Below the pieces are notes generated by a model that made no database searches, was not told the DNA's origin, and saw only the letters and a program-made list of their open reading frames with translations. This document shows, piece by piece, positions 1 through 7,660 of a stretch of DNA of 30,000 bases. Origin of the DNA: an uncultured Sutterella sp. (GTDB lineage Bacteria > Pseudomonadota > Gammaproteobacteria > Burkholderiales > Burkholderiaceae_F). The stretch lies in the NCBI GenBank assembly GCA_937943605.1, contig CALEAW010000089.1, positions 4,592-34,591 of the forward strand. The letters run 5' to 3'. Position 1 is the stretch's first letter. Each line of letters opens with the position of its first letter. The translations under genes and the position numbers were made by a program.

Positions 1-66
1 GCTGGGTGAAACCAAATGACAGTGCGACCTGCCGTGTGCATACGTGCTGGCATCCAACCGAAAGCA

Positions 67-1386
67 TCAGACATGATCAGCCCCCGTCAAAGAGAGATTC
101 TTCGTTTCAGGTGCAAAGAGCACAGAAGTTACGAGACCTACCATAGTGATGAGGAAAGCCCCCATCAATACGGTTTCGCTACCGTACTTCAAAAGAATCG
201 GATACATATAGAAGGTCGTCAAAATCGTGGCAATACGAGTAATAGACATCGCACACCCCACAGCTGTTGCACGAATATCCGTGCTAAAGAGTTCATTGGG
301 ATAAAGCCACTGCAACGTGCCAGGGCCACCAGACACCAAGGCGTAGGTCACGAGACCAATGAAGAGCACCACAGGGTTCGTGCTCCAGATCACCATTGCA
401 CCTAACGACAAGGTCATCAAAAGGTAGCTGCTGATGCAAACCACGCGACGACCGAATTCAGTGGTACACCACATGGCTGGGATACAACCCAAGAAAAACG
501 CAATACTGATCACCGTATTGGCTAATAAGGCTTCCTTCGGCGTGACGGCATCGAACCCCGACATGATTTGCGGGCCATACATATAGATCGCAAACATGGG
601 CACTGCCTGGCAAAGCCAAATAGTTGCGACAAAGACCAAGTTACGGAGGTTTTTACCCTGGAAAATGCCCAAGATATTGACTGACTCGACATCGCGATGA
701 ACATCTTTTTCAAGTTCAGAAAGCGGAATATCTAAGCCAAACTTTTTAAAGACTGCTCTCGCTTTAGCGGCTTTGCCGTGCATCAACAACCAACGCGGCG
801 ACTCTGGTACACGGATTCGACCCCACAAAACCAGCACGCAAGGAATTACAGCACTAGCTAACATCCAGCGCCAGCTGTTTTCGAGGTCATAGCAGAAATA
901 GCCTGCGAGGCTCGCACAAATGCCGCCGACAAACCAGATCGCAGCAATCGTACCCATCGCCCACGCGCGGCTCTTAATCGGCGAAAATTCAGCCACCATG
1001 CTCGTCGCGATTGGATAATCGGCGCCGATTAAGAGTCCCATGAAGAAGCGAGCTAATGCCAACTCGGTTGGCGTCGTGACCAAGGCGGACAGAATCGAAC
1101 AGGTCGCCAAGGCAAAAATATTGAAAATAAAGAGTTTTTTTCGACCAATACGGTCAGCGATGTAACCGAACAACGTTGTCCCGATAGCGAGTCCCACAAA
1201 GGTCGATGCGGTAATGACGCCTACCCAAAAGGTATCAAGCGAAAAATCCTTCATCAGATTTTCAAGCGCCACACCAATGATGATCAACACATAGGCATCG
1301 ATGAACGAACCGCCACCCGCGCACAACGTAATGGCTCGATGTCGTCCTGTGAACGGCAGATTGTCAAAATCTTTTAGAGTGTGCAT
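67..1386 (-). CDS. yaaU: MFS sugar-porter-family transporter, YaaU-like
   Basis: Based on the 465-aa track ORF. MFS/sugar-porter motifs are visible: DRIGRKKLF in the TM2-3 loop, PESPRWLL, and PETK near the C-terminus. From MHTLKDFDNLPF onward the protein looks colinear with E. coli YaaU as I recall it, and E. coli yaaU also lies directly downstream of fixX. I therefore prefer the ATG at 1386 over the track start at 1464. An AAGGA lies 10 nt upstream of the 1386 ATG. Confidence 0.75.
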   Translation of the reverse strand: MHTLKDFDNLPFTGRHRAITLCAGGGSFIDAYVLIIIGVALENLMKDFSLDTFWVGVITASTFVGLAIGTTLFGYIADRIGRKKLFIFNIFALATCSILSALVTTPTELALARFFMGLLIGADYPIATSMVAEFSPIKSRAWAMGTIAAIWFVGGICASLAGYFCYDLENSWRWMLASAVIPCVLVLWGRIRVPESPRWLLMHGKAAKARAVFKKFGLDIPLSELEKDVHRDVESVNILGIFQGKNLRNLVFVATIWLCQAVPMFAIYMYGPQIMSGFDAVTPKEALLANTVISIAFFLGCIPAMWCTTEFGRRVVCISSYLLMTLSLGAMVIWSTNPVVLFIGLVTYALVSGGPGTLQWLYPNELFSTDIRATAVGCAMSITRIATILTTFYMYPILLKYGSETVLMGAFLITMVGLVTSVLFAPETKNLSLTGADHV

Positions 1387-1412
1387 GGTCGGAGGGTCCT
1401 TGGTCGGAGGGT
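1387..1412 (-). repeat. Tandem direct 11-mer (ACCCTCCGACC-AAGG-ACCCTCCGACC on the coding strand) abutting the yaaU-like ATG
   Basis: The plus strand reads ggtcggagggt at 1387-1397 and again at 1402-1412, separated by cctt. The copies are identical. The spacer supplies the only purine-rich SD-like element. Confidence 0.8.
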
Positions 1413-1432
1413 GTCCTGTGTAGAGGTCATAG

Positions 1433-1462
1433 GCGACACCGCGCAGGACAACGCGGTGTCGC
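1433..1462 (-). promoter_or_regulatory. Intercistronic GC-rich stem-loop between fixX and the yaaU-like gene (11-bp perfect stem, 8-nt loop, no U-tract)
   Basis: gcgacaccgcg (1433-1443) and cgcggtgtcgc (1452-1462) are exact reverse complements. No T-run follows on the transcribed strand, so this is not a canonical intrinsic terminator. Confidence 0.6.
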
Positions 1463-1490
1463 ATCTTGAAGGGCTCAGAGCGTGAGGTGA

Positions 1491-1772
1491 TTAGCCCTGA
1501 CGGTATTCAATACCGAACGTGCCACGCGGCAGTTCCCACTTATCAAAGAGGGTCTTGCCACAGAGGAAGCGGCAGGTACCGCATTCCAAGCAACCAGCGT
1601 AGTCAAAACGGTAGGAGCCGTCTTCCTGGATGCTGTAAAGGCCAGCTGGACAAGCCTTCACTAATTTCATGAATTCCTTCTTATCGATGTTGGACTTCAA
1701 CACGATGTGAGCGTTTTCTTCGTCAACGTAGAACTTATTAACGCTCAGCTTTTCGTCAACATTCATGCTCAT
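1491..1772 (-). CDS. fixX: Ferredoxin-like protein FixX
   Basis: 93 aa, with CPAGLY...CLECGTC cysteine motifs. It looks colinear with E. coli FixX (about 95 aa) from memory. Its ATG overlaps the fixC TGA as ATGA at 1769-1772. Confidence 0.9.
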   Translation of the reverse strand: MSMNVDEKLSVNKFYVDEENAHIVLKSNIDKKEFMKLVKACPAGLYSIQEDGSYRFDYAGCLECGTCRFLCGKTLFDKWELPRGTFGIEYRQG

Positions 1773-3067
1773 ATTGCCTTACCTCCCTTATAGGCATCCT
1801 TCAAGACGTTCATGAAACCGACTTCCTTGACGCGAGCAGCGATCTTCTTACGGAGCGGTTCAGCGGGCTTGCTACCCAACACGAACATGTCATGCATCAT
1901 GCCGGCCATCATCTTGGGATAGGCGTTGAAGAGACGATCGTTTTCGAAGAAGCTCGGGAGATCACGATAGAGTTCAAGGTCGTGCATCACGAAGCTAGCC
2001 TTCAAGCGGGTTTCGTAGCTCTTCAAGGTATTGGCGCTGAAGTCACCCTTTTCGAGGGCTTCGAGCACGGCTTCACCAGCCTTTTCACCGGAGCAGATAG
2101 CGAGGTCAATACCGCGCACCGTGAAGCCCTGGTTGATACAGAAGCCAGCGGAGTCACCAACAACCATCACGCCATCAGCGTAGAGCTTCGGGCACATGTT
2201 GATACCGGCTTCCGGAACAACGTGGCCAGAGTATTCAACGAGTTCGCCGCCTTCCAAAAGAGGCTTAACCGTCGGATGGTTCTTGAAGTCTTCAAGCATT
2301 TCAGGCACGGTCTTGGAGCTTTCACCAACGTGAGCAAGGCCAGCAACGACGCCGACCGAAACCGTATCCTTGTTGGTATAGATGAAGCCGCCACCCATGA
2401 GGCCGTTAGAAGGCGTACCGGCAAAGAGCCAAGCCGTACCTTCGTCACCTTCGAGCTGGAAGCGAGACTTCAAAACATCTTCCGGCAAGCGGATGAGTTC
2501 CTTGGCACCGACAGCCACAGCGGTCGGATCGCAAGGACGGGTAGCCATGCCTAACTTTTCCGTCAGGATGGTGTTCACACCCTCAGCGATGATCACGCAC
2601 TTAGCATCGATGCGATCGCCGTCGGCTTCAATACCGCAAACCTTACCGTTTTCGTCACGGATCACTTCGTCAACGCGCACACCGTAAATGATCTGGGCGC
2701 CAACTTCTTCGGCCTTACCAGCGAGCCACTGGTCAAACGTGCCGCGAAGCACCGTGTAGGATTCTTCAACTTTGCTCTTGGGTTCATGCGTACGATAGTC
2801 CAGCGTCACGCCAGCTTCGTCCGTCAAGAAAGAAACCTTTTCCGTCGTCACACGACGTTCAACAGGGGCTTCATCAGCGAAACCCGGAATGATCCTTTCA
2901 AGACTATGGGCATACAAACGACCGCCCGTCATGTTCTTGGCGCCAGCATAGTTACCGCGTTCGACTACGAGAACGTTAGCACCAGCCTTGGCCATGACAT
3001 AGGCCGCCGTCGCACCAGCAGGGCCAGCACCGACGACAACGCAATCAAATGCATCTTCTTCAGACAT
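1769..3067 (-). CDS. fixC: FixC, ETF-quinone-oxidoreductase-like FAD flavoprotein
   Basis: 432 aa, with an N-terminal dinucleotide fold VVVGAGPAGATAA...VLVVERG. The size and position between fixB and fixX match E. coli FixC (about 428 aa). An AGGAAG SD lies upstream. Confidence 0.9.
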   Translation of the reverse strand: MSEEDAFDCVVVGAGPAGATAAYVMAKAGANVLVVERGNYAGAKNMTGGRLYAHSLERIIPGFADEAPVERRVTTEKVSFLTDEAGVTLDYRTHEPKSKVEESYTVLRGTFDQWLAGKAEEVGAQIIYGVRVDEVIRDENGKVCGIEADGDRIDAKCVIIAEGVNTILTEKLGMATRPCDPTAVAVGAKELIRLPEDVLKSRFQLEGDEGTAWLFAGTPSNGLMGGGFIYTNKDTVSVGVVAGLAHVGESSKTVPEMLEDFKNHPTVKPLLEGGELVEYSGHVVPEAGINMCPKLYADGVMVVGDSAGFCINQGFTVRGIDLAICSGEKAGEAVLEALEKGDFSANTLKSYETRLKASFVMHDLELYRDLPSFFENDRLFNAYPKMMAGMMHDMFVLGSKPAEPLRKKIAARVKEVGFMNVLKDAYKGGKAI

Positions 3068-3184
3068 GGAATTCTTCCTATGGAGATGGAGTCAGAGAGA
3101 AATTCTTTGCACCGAACCAGAGTGGCTCAGGCTCTCGGAGATAAACGCAGTCGTTAAATAAAAAAAGCGCATGTCTCCGAGAAC

Positions 3185-3232
3185 CCCGGGGCAAGGGGAC
3201 GGCAAACCCTCACATACCGTCCCCTTCCCGGG
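3185..3232 (-). promoter_or_regulatory. Large stem-loop in the 181-bp fixB-fixC gap (10 + 6 bp stem with a 2-nt bulge), with a T7 run about 18 nt downstream
   Basis: aaggggacgg (3193-3202) pairs with ccgtcccctt (3217-3226). cccggg (3185-3190) pairs with cccggg (3227-3232). On the transcribed strand a TTTTTTT run (plus-strand A7 at 3160-3166) follows after an 18-nt gap. Confidence 0.5.
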
Positions 3233-3248
3233 CACCCACCAACCTGGG

Positions 3249-4181
3249 TTACTTAAGGGCAGCCGTCAGCTTCGGGAGAACCTTCTGGAGGTCGCCCACG
3301 AGACCGAAGTCCGCGTACTTGAAGACCGGAGCCTTCTTGTCCTTATTGATGGCAAAGACCACATTGGCGCGGTTGACACCGACCATGTGCTGGATCTGAC
3401 CGGAAATACCAACAGCCATGTAGAAGTCAGGCTTCAACATAACGCCGGAAACACCGATGTAACGTTCACGTTCCATCCACTGTTCGCCTTCGGCGATCGG
3501 ACGGGAGCAGCCAACTTCAGCACCGATAGCAGCAGCGAAGTCGTCAGCGAGCTTGAGGTCTTCCTGCTTGGAGAAGCCACGGCCAACACCGATCACACGC
3601 TTGGCGCGGGAAAGGTCAACACCGCCAACAGCCTTAGCGATCACGCCGATACGACGGATACCGGAAACGGCCGGAGCAACGAAGTCGAGCGTCACGACTT
3701 CACCAGAACGGGAAGCGTCAGCCGGAAGAGCAGCAAAGAGACCGCCACCGATCGTCACGATAGCAACGTCGCTCACAACCTTTTCGTTGGAGACAGCGAG
3801 ACCACCGTAAACGAGGTGAGAGAGAGAATCGTCAGCGCCGAATTCGGAAACATCGTTCACGACACCAGCGTTGAGCATGGCACCGAGCTTGCCAGCGATA
3901 GCCTTGGCACGAACGGAAGCGGGCATGATGACGAGGGCGGGCTTAGCACCTTCGTTGATGGCCTTGGCCATCGTGTCGCAGTAGTCTTCGACGATCACGC
4001 CTTCAGCGGGGGTGCCGAGATCGAACACCTTGTCGGCGCCCATGGCAAAAGCGTTAGCGGCGCGGTCGGCACCGAAGACAAAGGTGTTGACGGCAGCGCC
4101 GAAGCTCTTACCAGCGGCGATGACGTCGGCCTGACGGTCGTTGAGATCACTAAACGTCCAAACGTTAACAAACTTGCTCAT
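3249..4181 (-). CDS. fixB: FixB, electron-transfer flavoprotein alpha subunit
   Basis: 310 aa, with the ETF-alpha C-terminal FAD signature PDFYMAVGISGQIQHMVG. The size matches E. coli FixB (about 313 aa). A GAGGATAGGAA SD region lies upstream. Confidence 0.9.
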   Translation of the reverse strand: MSKFVNVWTFSDLNDRQADVIAAGKSFGAAVNTFVFGADRAANAFAMGADKVFDLGTPAEGVIVEDYCDTMAKAINEGAKPALVIMPASVRAKAIAGKLGAMLNAGVVNDVSEFGADDSLSHLVYGGLAVSNEKVVSDVAIVTIGGGLFAALPADASRSGEVVTLDFVAPAVSGIRRIGVIAKAVGGVDLSRAKRVIGVGRGFSKQEDLKLADDFAAAIGAEVGCSRPIAEGEQWMERERYIGVSGVMLKPDFYMAVGISGQIQHMVGVNRANVVFAINKDKKAPVFKYADFGLVGDLQKVLPKLTAALK

Positions 4182-4205
4182 TTTTAATTCCTATCCTCAA
4201 TCAAA

Positions 4206-4982
4206 TTAGGCAGCGATGGCCTTGCGGATGTGTTCGATAAACTGTTCGATAGCGGCATCGTCATCACCTTCGATGACGACCTGCTGGCGGGCCTTCTGAG
4301 CCTGAGCGAGCACGCTGTTAACTTCGACGGAAGCGCCGTCGATCTGGGCGTTGACATCAGCGGCAGCGAGAACTTCAACCGGCTTCTTGGCAGCAGCCAA
4401 AATGGCGCGCATGGCCGGGATCTTCGGTTCGTTGATGTCGGCGGAAACGCTCACGACAGCCGGGAGCGTGATTTCAAGGGTTTCAACTTCGTTTTCAAGA
4501 CCGCGTTCAACCACGAGCTTGCCGCCTTCGCAGGAGACAATCTTGGAGACGCCGTTGATGGTCGGAACGCCGAGGTACTGACCGAGAAGGAGACCCGTCT
4601 GCTGTGCGTAGATGTCGCCGGAACCATTGCCGCAGAGAACGAGATCAAAGCCCTTGGCGCGCAAAGCAGCGGCGAGGACCTTGGCCGTTTCAGCCGGACG
4701 AAGGGCAGCGTAGGCATCATCCTGGAGAAGCAGGAGCGAATCAGGGCCGCGGGAGAGGACGTCCTTACGGGCCTTCGGGTTGGCCATAATGGCACCGCCA
4801 ACGCTCACAGCGACCACTTCGGTATCGGCCACGGCAGCCTTGAGCTCGCAAGCGGCTTCAATGGCGTTAAGATCGAACGGATTGACCTTGACCGTCGCCT
4901 TGGCTACATCGAGCGTGCGATCGGACTTGACCACAATGTCCTGTTCCTCATGGACGAACTTGAAAGCGGAATAGATTTTCAT
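4206..4982 (-). CDS. fixA: FixA, electron-transfer flavoprotein beta subunit
   Basis: 258 aa, with an ETF-beta-like sequence (MKIYSAFKFV...NPFDLNAIEAA...RKDVLSRGPD...LCGNGSGDIYAQQ). It looks colinear with E. coli FixA (about 256 aa) from memory. Confidence 0.9.
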   Translation of the reverse strand: MKIYSAFKFVHEEQDIVVKSDRTLDVAKATVKVNPFDLNAIEAACELKAAVADTEVVAVSVGGAIMANPKARKDVLSRGPDSLLLLQDDAYAALRPAETAKVLAAALRAKGFDLVLCGNGSGDIYAQQTGLLLGQYLGVPTINGVSKIVSCEGGKLVVERGLENEVETLEITLPAVVSVSADINEPKIPAMRAILAAAKKPVEVLAAADVNAQIDGASVEVNSVLAQAQKARQQVVIEGDDDAAIEQFIEHIRKAIAA

Positions 4983-5074
4983 TTTATTTCCCAGGTGGTG
5001 TTTAAGATGAATGCGAACTGCCCGGTGGGACGGGGACCGACCGTTACCAGACAGTCCGCGAGGGTCAAATTGAA

Positions 5075-5929
5075 TTACTTGTATTCAACGAGACCGAAGT
5101 TGAGGTAGAAGTGACCCGGCTTGTCGCAGTCTTCAACGTTGAAGTGGACGCAGTTGTCACCGAACTTCCAGATGCGCGTACGGATACGGCAGCCCGGGAA
5201 GAGCGGCTTCGTGATACGGGTCTTGAAGCGCGTCAGACGATCGGAGTCGCCGTCGAGAACGGCGTTGATGATGTGACGCACAGCGGTACCGGCCGTGGAA
5301 ACGGCGTGGAGGTTGGGCTTCGGATAGCCAAACTTCTGAGCGTATTCCCAGTCAATGTGCTGCGGATGGTAGTCGCCAGACAAGCGATAGATGCAAGCCT
5401 GGTTGAGCGGAATGACCTGTTCAACGACAAAGTCCGGTTCACGTTCCGGGATTTCGACGATGTCCTTCGGAGCCTTCGGGCCACCCCAGCCGCCGTCAAA
5501 AATGGCGCAGTCCCAGGATTCGTTCGTGAAGAGCAATTCGCCGGTTTCCTTGTCGCGCGTTTCGCCATAGTGCTGGGCGAGCGTGCCACGACCTTCACCG
5601 CGGTCAAAAAGACCCTTGAGGGTAACCATCGTTTCGAACGTGCCGTTGAGCTTGCTGAGCGGCTTCATGATGCGGAAGTCGAAGCCCCAGTGCAAAGAAC
5701 CACCCCATTCAAAGCCCCAGTCGATCGTCTTCGTGACTTCGGAAGCAACGATCGGGCAAGCGGCGATCATCGGGAGGATCTTCTGATCCTTTTCGTAGAC
5801 ATACTTCAGGTCGGTCTTACCGTCGTAGCCAGCACCGCAACCAAGCGCGAACAAGATGAGATCGCGGAAGTTGTAGTTGTAAATGAATGGGCCGTAGGTC
5901 TGGCCGACCATGTCGAGTTTCAGAGCCAT
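5075..5929 (-). CDS. MaoC-like / hydratase-2-type double hot-dog enoyl-CoA hydratase-dehydratase, occupying the caiD slot
   Basis: 284 aa, the typical length of a fused N+C hot-dog hydratase-2 domain. The C-terminal half carries YRLSGDYHPQHIDWEYA. This matches the hydratase-2 motif [YF]-x(1,2)-[LVIG]-[STGC]-G-D-x-N-P-[LIV]-H-x5-[AS], with the Asp and the +5 His kept but N->H and L->Q. A strong AAGGAG SD lies 7 nt upstream of the ATG. Confidence 0.8.
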   Translation of the reverse strand: MALKLDMVGQTYGPFIYNYNFRDLILFALGCGAGYDGKTDLKYVYEKDQKILPMIAACPIVASEVTKTIDWGFEWGGSLHWGFDFRIMKPLSKLNGTFETMVTLKGLFDRGEGRGTLAQHYGETRDKETGELLFTNESWDCAIFDGGWGGPKAPKDIVEIPEREPDFVVEQVIPLNQACIYRLSGDYHPQHIDWEYAQKFGYPKPNLHAVSTAGTAVRHIINAVLDGDSDRLTRFKTRITKPLFPGCRIRTRIWKFGDNCVHFNVEDCDKPGHFYLNFGLVEYK

Positions 5930-5959
5930 TTTTCACTCCTTGGTTAAGTAAAACACCTA

Positions 5960-7558
5960 TTAATTCAGGCGCTCTGTGCCGTCATGGGGTTCTCGGGAGA
6001 GAACTTCCTTGACGATTTTTCCTGTGCAGGTACGCACAAATTCCTCACGGAATTCAATGAATACCGGCCACTTGAATTCAGCCAGGTTGTTGCGGCAGTG
6101 TGCGAGCACTTCTGCCTTGGTCATCGTGACGCCCTCTTTGAGACGCACAAAGGCCTTCACTTCCTGGTCACGGATCGGGTCGGGCACGCCAATGACGGCC
6201 GCTTCCGCGATCTTCGGATGTTCGGTGAGCACGTTTTCAATTTCAGTGCTCGAAATGTTTTCCCCGCTGCGCTTGATCATGTGGATCGAGCGATCAACAA
6301 ACCAGAAGAAACCGTCTTCGTCGATGCGACCCTTATCCTTGGTCAGCATCCAACCGTCACCGACGAGCGTTTCGCGCGTGGCTTTTTCGTTGTTGATGTA
6401 GCCCTTAAAGAGCGTGCGGCCAGGGATGCCGCGGATCATGAAGGTACCGATTTCACCGGGCTTCACGTCGTTACCGTTTTCGTCAACCAGACGGGCTTCG
6501 TAGCCGAAGTACGGGCGACCCACGCTGGGGAATCGACGATCGTCTTCTGGCAAAAGCGTTACGTTGCCAACGAGCGTTTCTGTCATGCCGTACGAGTTGA
6601 TCACGTCAACACCAAAGCGAGCCTTGAATGCGCGATATTCGCTCACAGCCATCGGGAGGCCGTAGAGGATTTCGCGTAAGACGTGATCCTTTTCCCAGGC
6701 ATGCACTGGCTGGCGCATCACGGTGCGAAGAATCATCGGCACAGCCTGCGTGATCGTCGCGCGGTAGAGGCAAATCTGACGCCAGAAACGATGGGCGCTA
6801 AAGCGCTGAATCATGACGAGCGTGCCAGCTACCGTAAAGATCGGCATCGCAGCATTACACTGAAAGTCCACATGGAAGTTAGGCATCGTCGTCAAAAGAC
6901 GATCGCTAGCGTTCATGCGAGCCTGGCAAGACGTAAAGAAACCAGCCCAAACTAAGTTGGCATGCGTGATCATTACGCCCTTCGGGGCAGACGTCGTTCC
7001 AGACGTAAAGAGAATTTCAGCGAGGTCTTCAGGATCAATCGGACGCACTTCAGAAAGAACCGGAGAAGCTTCCTTCGTCAATGCTTCGAGATCGATCGCA
7101 CCCTTGCAGTCTTCTGGCGAACCTTCGCCATTGGGAGCCACGACGAACATGTTGCGGAACTTGTCTTCGCGGTTTTGTTCGTAGCCTTCCCAGGACTTCC
7201 AGAAGCGAACGTCACAAATGCAGTGAACCGCTTCAGAGGTCTTGACGAGGTGGTCAAATTCACGGGCGATATAGCCGTTATTGACACTCACCATGACCGC
7301 ACCGATCTTCGAAAGAGCGAACCAAACCTTGAGGAACCAAGGCGTGTTGGTCATCTGAAGAATGACCTTTTCACCCTTCTGAATGCCGTGCGCAATCAGC
7401 ACATTAGCCACACGGTTAATGTCTTGATTGAGCTCTCCGTATGTGGCAGTCTCGGTATTTCCGTCTTCATACTCAGCCATAAGGCAAACCTTATCTGCAT
7501 GAGCTGCGGCCAACTCATCCCAGAAGCGACGGAGATTTCTGTTTCCTAAGATGTCCAT
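5960..7558 (-). CDS. caiC: Crotonobetaine/carnitine-CoA ligase-like AMP-forming acyl-CoA synthetase
   Basis: 532 aa, with ANL-superfamily motifs LFTSGTTSAPKG, SYGMTET and C-terminal TGKIVK. The N-terminus MDILGNRNLRRFWDEL resembles E. coli CaiC (MDIIGGQHLRQMWDDL, recalled). It sits after caiB. Confidence 0.85.
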   Translation of the reverse strand: MDILGNRNLRRFWDELAAAHADKVCLMAEYEDGNTETATYGELNQDINRVANVLIAHGIQKGEKVILQMTNTPWFLKVWFALSKIGAVMVSVNNGYIAREFDHLVKTSEAVHCICDVRFWKSWEGYEQNREDKFRNMFVVAPNGEGSPEDCKGAIDLEALTKEASPVLSEVRPIDPEDLAEILFTSGTTSAPKGVMITHANLVWAGFFTSCQARMNASDRLLTTMPNFHVDFQCNAAMPIFTVAGTLVMIQRFSAHRFWRQICLYRATITQAVPMILRTVMRQPVHAWEKDHVLREILYGLPMAVSEYRAFKARFGVDVINSYGMTETLVGNVTLLPEDDRRFPSVGRPYFGYEARLVDENGNDVKPGEIGTFMIRGIPGRTLFKGYINNEKATRETLVGDGWMLTKDKGRIDEDGFFWFVDRSIHMIKRSGENISSTEIENVLTEHPKIAEAAVIGVPDPIRDQEVKAFVRLKEGVTMTKAEVLAHCRNNLAEFKWPVFIEFREEFVRTCTGKIVKEVLSREPHDGTERLN

Positions 7559-7587
7559 TTTCAGTGTCAGTCAATAGAGGGTTATCG

Positions 7588-7625
7588 GAGAGGTGGGGCA
7601 GAAAGGAGCGTTCTGCCCCACTCTC
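7588..7625 (-). promoter_or_regulatory. Intercistronic stem-loop between caiB and caiC (about 15 bp with one bulge, 7-nt loop)
   Basis: gagaggtggggcagaa (7588-7603) pairs with ttctgccccactctc (7611-7625). No U-tract follows on the transcribed strand. Confidence 0.55.
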
Positions 7626-7660
7626 TTTGGAGAACGGATCTAGGAGACCCTAGTACTCGA

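Noticed and set aside
1387-1464. The upstream ATG at 1464 would add 26 aa (MRHRVVLRGVAYDLYTGHPPTKDPPT) to the yaaU-like protein.
   Set aside because: The extension covers a perfect hairpin and a tandem DNA repeat, and it has no counterpart in the E. coli YaaU N-terminus as recalled. The internal ATG at 1386 aligns with the homologue's start. This is not fully excluded (see the yaaU finding).
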